Positions 59,601-64,000 of a stretch of 64,000 nucleotides of DNA are shown here, piece after piece. The stretch is from Pseudomonadota bacterium (GTDB lineage: Bacteria; Myxococcota_A; UBA9042; GCA-2863065), in the NCBI GenBank assembly GCA_005776585.1, contig SXOX01000044.1:22418-86417 (forward strand). Direction: 5' to 3'. The translations under genes and the position numbers were made by a program. The number at the start of each line of letters is the position of its first letter. The first letter of the stretch is position 1. Below the pieces are notes generated by a model that had not been told where the DNA came from, searched no databases, and saw only the letters and a program-made list of their open reading frames with translations.

Positions 59601-60601
59601 GTGCCAAGCACGATGTCGCGATAGTCGTCATTGGGCAACAGGTCCGGAATGCGCACAGGGTAGTCGATGAGCTCGAAAGGGATGATCTTCTCGGCGGGCG
59701 AGGCACCCTCGGGTAGCGGCCCGTCGACGAGCACGTCGCGCTCGACGTTGACCGCGGTGCGCTCGGCCTCCACGAAGCCGGGCTTGCGCACCGTCATGAT
59801 GGTGACGACCTTGGGCGTGCACTCGTTGTCCATGCGATCGACGAGCTTGAACGTGAAGGCTGCGGTCCCGGTATCGTAGCTCGAGAGATCGACGCGGCCG
59901 GTGCAGTGCTGCTCGCCAAAGCCGTCGTCGGTGAGCTTGCAGGCCCAGACCTCGGCGCCGTCGGGCGCAGTCAGGGTCAGCGACTTGATGCCCGAGTCAT
60001 CGGCCGCAAGGACGTCGATGGGCAGCGACGGGTGATAGACTTCGCCCTCCTTCGGCTCGGTGAGCGTGAGCGTGGGGCAGGCGTTGTCGATGATGAAGTC
60101 GGCCGTGGCCTCGCAGGAGAGGGGCACGGGCTTCTTGATGCAGCCGTCGGGCTCGGTCTCGGCCACCGCCGTGGCCGTGCAGGGGCCCTCGCCGAGCGTC
60201 GCAGAGTCGACCGTCCACGAGTAGCTGCCGTCCTTCCACTTGCTCACCGGGATGTCGGCCGAGGCCTTGGTGGTCTCGCCGCACGTGACCGTGATGCGAC
60301 CCTTGTCCATCAGGAGGCCGGCGTGGTCGGCCTTGCCGACGAAGGTCAGGCTCCCCTTGAGGCGCGCCCCCGGCTCGGGCGACTTCAGCTCGATGCGACA
60401 CGGACCGGACGCCTTGCAGATCTCGCCCTTGGGCGCGACATCGCCGACCTCCTCGACGCCTGCGTCCTGGACTGCACCAGGGCCACTTCCGGTGTCGGTC
60501 TTGCAGGCCGATAGCAGCCCGAGAGCCGCGCCCCCGAGCAGGACCACCCGGCGCATCCCTCTCGCAGCGGTTGCCCGCCTCATGTGTCGCTGACGCCGCA
60601 T
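56672..60601 (-). CDS. Giant (1309 aa) lipoprotein with FG-GAP/VCBS-like repeats
   Basis: GGGAGG 5 nt upstream of the ATG at 60601. [33 protein letters not shown] has a lipobox. DxNGDG repeats follow ([53 protein letters not shown]). The 3' end overlaps moaC by 14 bp in convergent orientation. Confidence 0.75.
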   Translation of the reverse strand: MRRQRHMRRATAARGMRRVVLLGGAALGLLSACKTDTGSGPGAVQDAGVEEVGDVAPKGEICKASGPCRIELKSPEPGARLKGSLTFVGKADHAGLLMDKGRITVTCGETTKASADIPVSKWKDGSYSWTVDSATLGEGPCTATAVAETEPDGCIKKPVPLSCEATADFIIDNACPTLTLTEPKEGEVYHPSLPIDVLAADDSGIKSLTLTAPDGAEVWACKLTDDGFGEQHCTGRVDLSSYDTGTAAFTFKLVDRMDNECTPKVVTIMTVRKPGFVEAERTAVNVERDVLVDGPLPEGASPAEKIIPFELIDYPVRIPDLLPNDDYRDIVLGTDQGLAVAANDGKGKLKSPISLPDIDTAVARFMPDDLNGDGYTDFVVVSGTAEDTALAVWLYDGEICEKDPAVKPEELLTRDPVPESYPTRCHAGYVEVESHTLGFAVSAHVYGHLLGDPSADDPDSEKLKDVVVGFDDPVRTFGVLARVEGGNPDGGPACAYHRPKWGLDGTLLPLGETQKARCFNPPVLHNGNGKVSAITIGDFLVESGSKPKPELLASHGVTGQITTYRVLADGTVQTGESSKFGSPPQIAIGYFDNDPVTQYPDAMLLFPDSNEIDVLFGDGKGGFRTTFHRQTQSTRFIASASCVEGKPVQFALRLMDDYDSPSKTLDLVVLTQDDGTLWTMRGSYSTNGQLQFAPYDVVEVGKSPQRFILTHLEQPWAVADEAPPAEPWDAVVLNGKTTDAELVVAYGLDGAAAKGTPLAGPKGAFRAARSITTPIPAQPGGATHQCAEGDNLAVNFIEWVGGQAPGVGQVVPPSPQQNPFKLFYLGAPNVRLEPQLMTLGDANKDGLLDVTVVARQGPQKVSWATGQAKPPDPELPIITFGGDTGGLVGRYQPGSFGVGGVNPISLYRPATEICVGPSNCPAPVAGQPSITKTCPTDPVLPSYGPNKAASTDVTSVTKLDGGNDADLVIGTTTITTLPIDPKAPEPKLITSIDVIYGRGDGSFGPAHIQHPAPDPCAVGTPGGVWHAQGVTLAGERSRAVASISCTGPASESEAWISIYERAYTNGKTIGGVIAWKRNPTDPENLVHAWQDTFPGELPGSDMLRVGLLGPEGLGTSDAFMDIFIGQDNGVVVYAGKNAGPGSCDFERKQVAEIGSGLRSFAVHDFDGDGQAEIVGTLAAGYVRMTRGLGAGEFDSPFDVAQLPVEGTPSTTLGQVEAADINGDGFWDVLVLDPPNATLYAILAHGPMLFRTPTPVVVTIPTNVGADQFAVAPFGKADDCVDVVTLSSTAKSLAFLRSTPGGSGTCVKPK

Positions 60602-60709
60602 CCCGACCTCCCGTCGCCCTGTTGGCGCACGAATCCTCGAGGATCCTCGAGGATCATGTCTACGCGCGCCGGAGAGGTCAAATTGTACGCAGCAAATCGG
60701 GGTCAGCGC

Positions 60710-62560
60710 CTACTTGCGGCACTTCTCTGACTTGGTCGCGTCCATCTTCTGGATCTTGAACTGCACGCGGCGGTTCTGATCCCAGTAGGCCTTGTCGACC
60801 TTGCCCGGCTCGAGCGGCACGTCCGGACCGTAACCGCGCGAGGTGAGCCGCTCGGGCGCGACACCCTTCTTGACGAGGAACTCCTTGACCGAGTTGGCGC
60901 GCCGATCCGAGAGCTTCGTGTTCATCGCGCGGCTGCCGCGGATGTCCGTGTGGCCCTGGACCTCGATCTCGACGGCCTCCGGGTGCTCCTTCATCGTCTC
61001 GGCCACGACATCCAGCAGCTTGAAGCTGTTCGGCAGGATCTTGTGCGAGCCGGTCGCGAAGTTGACCTTGTCGGCGATCTTGAACTCGTCGCAGGTGAAC
61101 ATGACGTCTGGACAGCCGTCGTCGTCGTTGTAGCCGTTCTTGTTCTCGGGCTCGAGCGGGCACTTGTCCACGCCCTTGCACTTCTCGGCGTACTTCTTCT
61201 GCTCTCCGCGCTGCTCGACCCACGGATCGCACAGGCCGTCCTTGTCGTTGTCGGGCTCCGGACAGCCGTCAGTGTCCTCGAACGCGTCGAGATCCTCGGG
61301 CTCGTTCGGGCACGAGTCCTTCACGTCGAGCACGCCGTCGCGGTCGTTGTCGGGCTCGGGGCAGCCGTCCTCGTCCTCGAACTTGTCGAAGTCCTCCGGA
61401 TCGTTCTTGCACTTGTCCTTGTCGTCTTTGATGCCGTCCTTGTCGTTGTCGTCCTCGGGACAGCCGTCCTCGTCCTGAAAGCCGTCGAAGTCCTCCGGGT
61501 CGTTCTTGCACTGGTCGCGCGCGTCGAGGATCCCGTCCTTGTCGTTGTCGGGCTCAGGGCAGCCGTCGGTGTCCTCGAAGTCGTCCTTGTCCTCGGGATC
61601 GTCGATACACTTGTCGCTGTCATCGTCAATGCCGTCCCCGTCGCGATCGAGCCGCTCGGACGCGTAGGCCACGCTGAGGAACGCCCGCCACGACGGTGTG
61701 CCGCGACCGCGCAAGATGCCGAGCCCGCCGCCCAGGGTCGCGTAGACCTTCCCGAAGCGATGCCGATACGCGAGCATCGTCTCCAGGTTCGTGTCGGCCG
61801 TGTCCTTGAACTGCGTCGCCGCGTAGGTGTCCCAGAGGATGAACGAGGTGTCGCGAATGGGCGCGAACTTGAAGCCCGTCGAGACCTGGAGCTCGGCGAT
61901 GCTCGAGACGACCGGACCGTCGGAGGTCGGCATCCGGATCGCGGCGCCGATGTCGAGGCCCCAGGTGACCGTCGGACCGCCGTAGCTGAACGCGAACGTC
62001 GGACGCGCCATCATCAGTGGCTCCTGCGCGAACGAGCCCTTGGTCGCCTTGCCGGTCGGGACCGTGAATGGCAGCAAGAAGGTGACGTAGCCGGCCCCGC
62101 GCGTGCTCCCCGCCAGCTTGAACTTGGGGATGATGGTCAGATCGCCGAGGCCGAAGACGGGGATGTCATCTCCCGTCACGGGGTTGCGACCCTGCTGGTA
62201 GATCATCAGCGGGAGATCGGTCGCGAGCTCGAACCAGCTCGCGAGGCCGATGGCGAAGAAGATGTCGGCGCCGAGGCGGCGATTGACGACCTCCTTGCCT
62301 GCAATGATCTCGTTGGTAAACGGGTCACGCGTGACAACGGCCTTGTCGGCGTAATTGAGTCCAAGACCGAGGTACCACTCAAAAGGGGACTCGATCTCCC
62401 CGGTGTCGGTGAGCAGGATGCCGCGTGAGTTCGTGCTCCACCGGAACGGGTTGTAGTTGGCCTCCTGCGCCTGCGCTTGCGCCGGCAGCAGCGCCGGCAG
62501 GAGCGACAGCACCACGAGGAGCGGCAGCAGAGCGCGGCGAACGCGACGCAGCGCAGCCAC
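60710..62560 (-). CDS. OmpA-family outer membrane protein with TSP3 repeats (paralog of 592-2337); start inferred, as the same frame stays open upstream
   Basis: A signal-peptide-like RRVRRALLPLLVVLSLLPALLPAQAQA is followed by a domain homologous to the N-domain of gene 592-2337 (SPFEWYLGLGLNYADKAVV... vs GPWEVSATALVGYARNLLV...). Then TSP3 repeats (DRDGDGIDDDSDKCIDDPEDKDDFEDTDGCPE...) and an OmpA C-terminus (EIEVQGHTDIRGSRAMNTKLSDRRANSVKEFL). GTG candidates lie at 62560 and 62572. No stop codon separates it from the upstream protein. Confidence 0.65.
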   Translation of the reverse strand: MAALRRVRRALLPLLVVLSLLPALLPAQAQAQEANYNPFRWSTNSRGILLTDTGEIESPFEWYLGLGLNYADKAVVTRDPFTNEIIAGKEVVNRRLGADIFFAIGLASWFELATDLPLMIYQQGRNPVTGDDIPVFGLGDLTIIPKFKLAGSTRGAGYVTFLLPFTVPTGKATKGSFAQEPLMMARPTFAFSYGGPTVTWGLDIGAAIRMPTSDGPVVSSIAELQVSTGFKFAPIRDTSFILWDTYAATQFKDTADTNLETMLAYRHRFGKVYATLGGGLGILRGRGTPSWRAFLSVAYASERLDRDGDGIDDDSDKCIDDPEDKDDFEDTDGCPEPDNDKDGILDARDQCKNDPEDFDGFQDEDGCPEDDNDKDGIKDDKDKCKNDPEDFDKFEDEDGCPEPDNDRDGVLDVKDSCPNEPEDLDAFEDTDGCPEPDNDKDGLCDPWVEQRGEQKKYAEKCKGVDKCPLEPENKNGYNDDDGCPDVMFTCDEFKIADKVNFATGSHKILPNSFKLLDVVAETMKEHPEAVEIEVQGHTDIRGSRAMNTKLSDRRANSVKEFLVKKGVAPERLTSRGYGPDVPLEPGKVDKAYWDQNRRVQFKIQKMDATKSEKCRK

Positions 62561-64000
62561 GACGAGCGCCACGAGGAGCAGCGCAAGCCACGGGACGTTG
62601 CCCGGAGGCGCGCTCGACGGCGAGCACTTGATGAGCGCGGAGCCGCCGGTCACGAGGACGTCGTCGCTCGGATCGAGCGGGTTGAGCTCGTCGGGGTCGA
62701 GCTTGCCGTTCGGCACGCGCTTCTCGTGCACGCGCTCTTCGTTGCCGTCGTTGACGCCGCCGCCGTCGGTGTCGGCGAGCTTGGGGTTGGTCGTCGTCGT
62801 GGGATCGGAGTCCGCGATGAAGTGACAGCCCTCGGCCTTGGCGTCCACGGGCGTGTCATCGACCACGAACCGCGTCGTGATGCCCATCTCGAGCCCGTCG
62901 GGGAGCCCGTCCTTGTCGGTGTCGCACACGGTGGGATCGGAGGTGTAGCGGACCTTGGTGCCGTCCTTCCGGGTGACCTCGATGCCCTTGACCTCCTGAC
63001 CGTCCGTCGCGCCGTCGTTGTCGCTGTCGGTATCAAAGGGGTTGCTCCCGGCCTTCTTCTCCGCTTCGTCCTCGAGGCCGTCGTTGTCGTCGTCCGGATC
63101 GCACTCGTCGCCGTTGACGTCGTTGTCGTGGTTCTTCTGGTCGGGGTTCTTGACGTCCTTGCAGTTGTCCTTGGCGTCGCTGACGGTGTCGCCATCGGTG
63201 TCAGTGCACTCCGCTTTGTCCTTCTCCAGGTTGTAGAGCTTGTTCTTCGGGCAGGAGTCCTTGTCGTTGGGCACGTCGTCGCCGTCGATGTCGCTGTCGC
63301 AGGCGTCGCCCTCGACGGGCAGGCCCTTGGTCTTCTCGTCCTCCGCGTCGAGGTTGGCCTGATCGGGGTTGGCGACCGTCGGGCAGTTGTCGAGGTGGTC
63401 GAGGATGCCGTCCTTGTCGCCGTCGACCACGGTGACCGCGGTGACCGTCGCGTCACCCGGGACGACCGAGTTCGGATCATCGGTGTTGACCGGAGTGGAG
63501 GAGACCGTCTCGAACCGCGCCTGGTTGGCGATCTGATCGGCCGGCCCGGCCCAGGCAAACGTGCGCAGGACCTCACAGAAGAGGTAGGCGTCGACCGTCG
63601 CGCCGACCGGCAGGTCCTCGAGCGAGATGGTGACCGTGTGCGTCGTGGTGTCGAAGACCGCGTCGACCAGGCCCGAGGGGCCCTTGGCCCCGCCCTTGAG
63701 CACAACCTCCGCAAAGGCCTTGCCGACGTTGCCGTTCCACGGCGCGGGGACGAGCCCCTTCGGCAGCGGGTCGACGAGCTTGAACTTGGCCGCGACGGCC
63801 GAGCCGTCGTTCTTGGTCGAGAAGCGGTAGAGCAGCTTGGCTCCCGTCTCGACCGGCAGGATCTTGGGCTTGCCGGCGCCATCCGTCGTCAGCCGCTTCG
63901 AGTCGAACGCGACGCCGCCCACGTTGGCCGACAGCACGTCCTCCTTCTCGGAGCCCACGAGCACGGGCGCAAACGAGTCGAAGCCCATCATCACGAACGC
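62534..64000 (-). CDS. Partial TSP3-repeat surface protein ending in a MYXO-CTERM-like tail (N-terminus beyond the window); fused in frame to the downstream OmpA gene
   Basis: TSP3 repeats: DGDKDGILDHLDNCPTVANPDQANLD, DTDGDTVSDAKDNCKDVKNPDQ... The tail reads ...GGSALIKCSPSSAPPGNVPWLALLLVALVVAALRRVRR (Cys, hydrophobic, Arg cluster). All three minus-strand frames lack a stop across 62460-62640. Confidence 0.5.

Noticed and set aside
58034-59716. 560-aa plus ORF opposite the FG-GAP lipoprotein gene
   Set aside because: Low-complexity Arg/Leu/Gly/Asp translation. The minus strand encodes DxNGDG repeats and a lipobox.
60950-62428. 492-aa plus ORF opposite the OmpA/TSP3 gene
   Set aside because: Val/Leu/Ala/Gly low-complexity mirror translation of the Asp-rich TSP3 repeats.

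Overview
This is a ~70% GC segment, almost certainly chromosomal and myxobacterial, judged by MYXO-CTERM-like tails, MopE-type CNGxDDDCDG repeats, and giant lipoproteins with FG-GAP and TSP3 repeats. I read all ORFs by eye from the six-frame track and checked start codons against the DNA; no search tools were used. Coding density is high, and most long 'ORFs' antisense to real genes are GC-driven artefacts.

Real content, in order:
- A partial secreted beta-helix protein and an OmpA/TSP3 outer-membrane protein at the left edge.
- A ~3450-aa lipoprotein (4048-14400) with ~29 tandem IPT/TIG domains, an FG-GAP propeller and an embedded C-type-lectin-like domain. It is interrupted by one in-frame TAG; the same frame continues as FG-GAP repeats for another 148 codons.
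- A perfect 57-bp direct repeat, then a DUF3105 lipoprotein.
- A mixed-orientation group: B12-dependent radical SAM enzyme, HAD-like hydrolase, small membrane protein, orphan ABC permease, AlkP-superfamily multi-TM protein, polysaccharide deacetylase.
- Secreted proteins: a KEEPK-repeat lipoprotein with two NTF2/SnoaL-like domains, a GH25 muramidase carrying MopE repeats and a MYXO-CTERM tail, and a Cys-rich lipoprotein.
- Housekeeping genes: SNF2/SWIM helicase, rluA, an RlmI-like methyltransferase, tRNA-Phe, hutI, thrC, moaC, and a molybdopterin oxidoreductase.
- A DUF4331 / TPR / Cys-rich lipoprotein / GGDEF block carrying a duplicated ~74-bp leader-hairpin motif.
- A ~2 kb accessory islet (49.0-50.96 kb) with vapBC and an AbiEii-like nucleotidyltransferase, bracketed by duplicated fragments of the flanking genes. 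A second vapBC lies at 55.1-55.8 kb.
- A 1309-aa FG-GAP lipoprotein.
- At the right edge, a second OmpA/TSP3 gene fused in frame, with no stop codon in any frame, to an upstream TSP3 protein ending in a MYXO-CTERM-like tail.

No CRISPR array, rRNA, transposase or prophage genes were seen.
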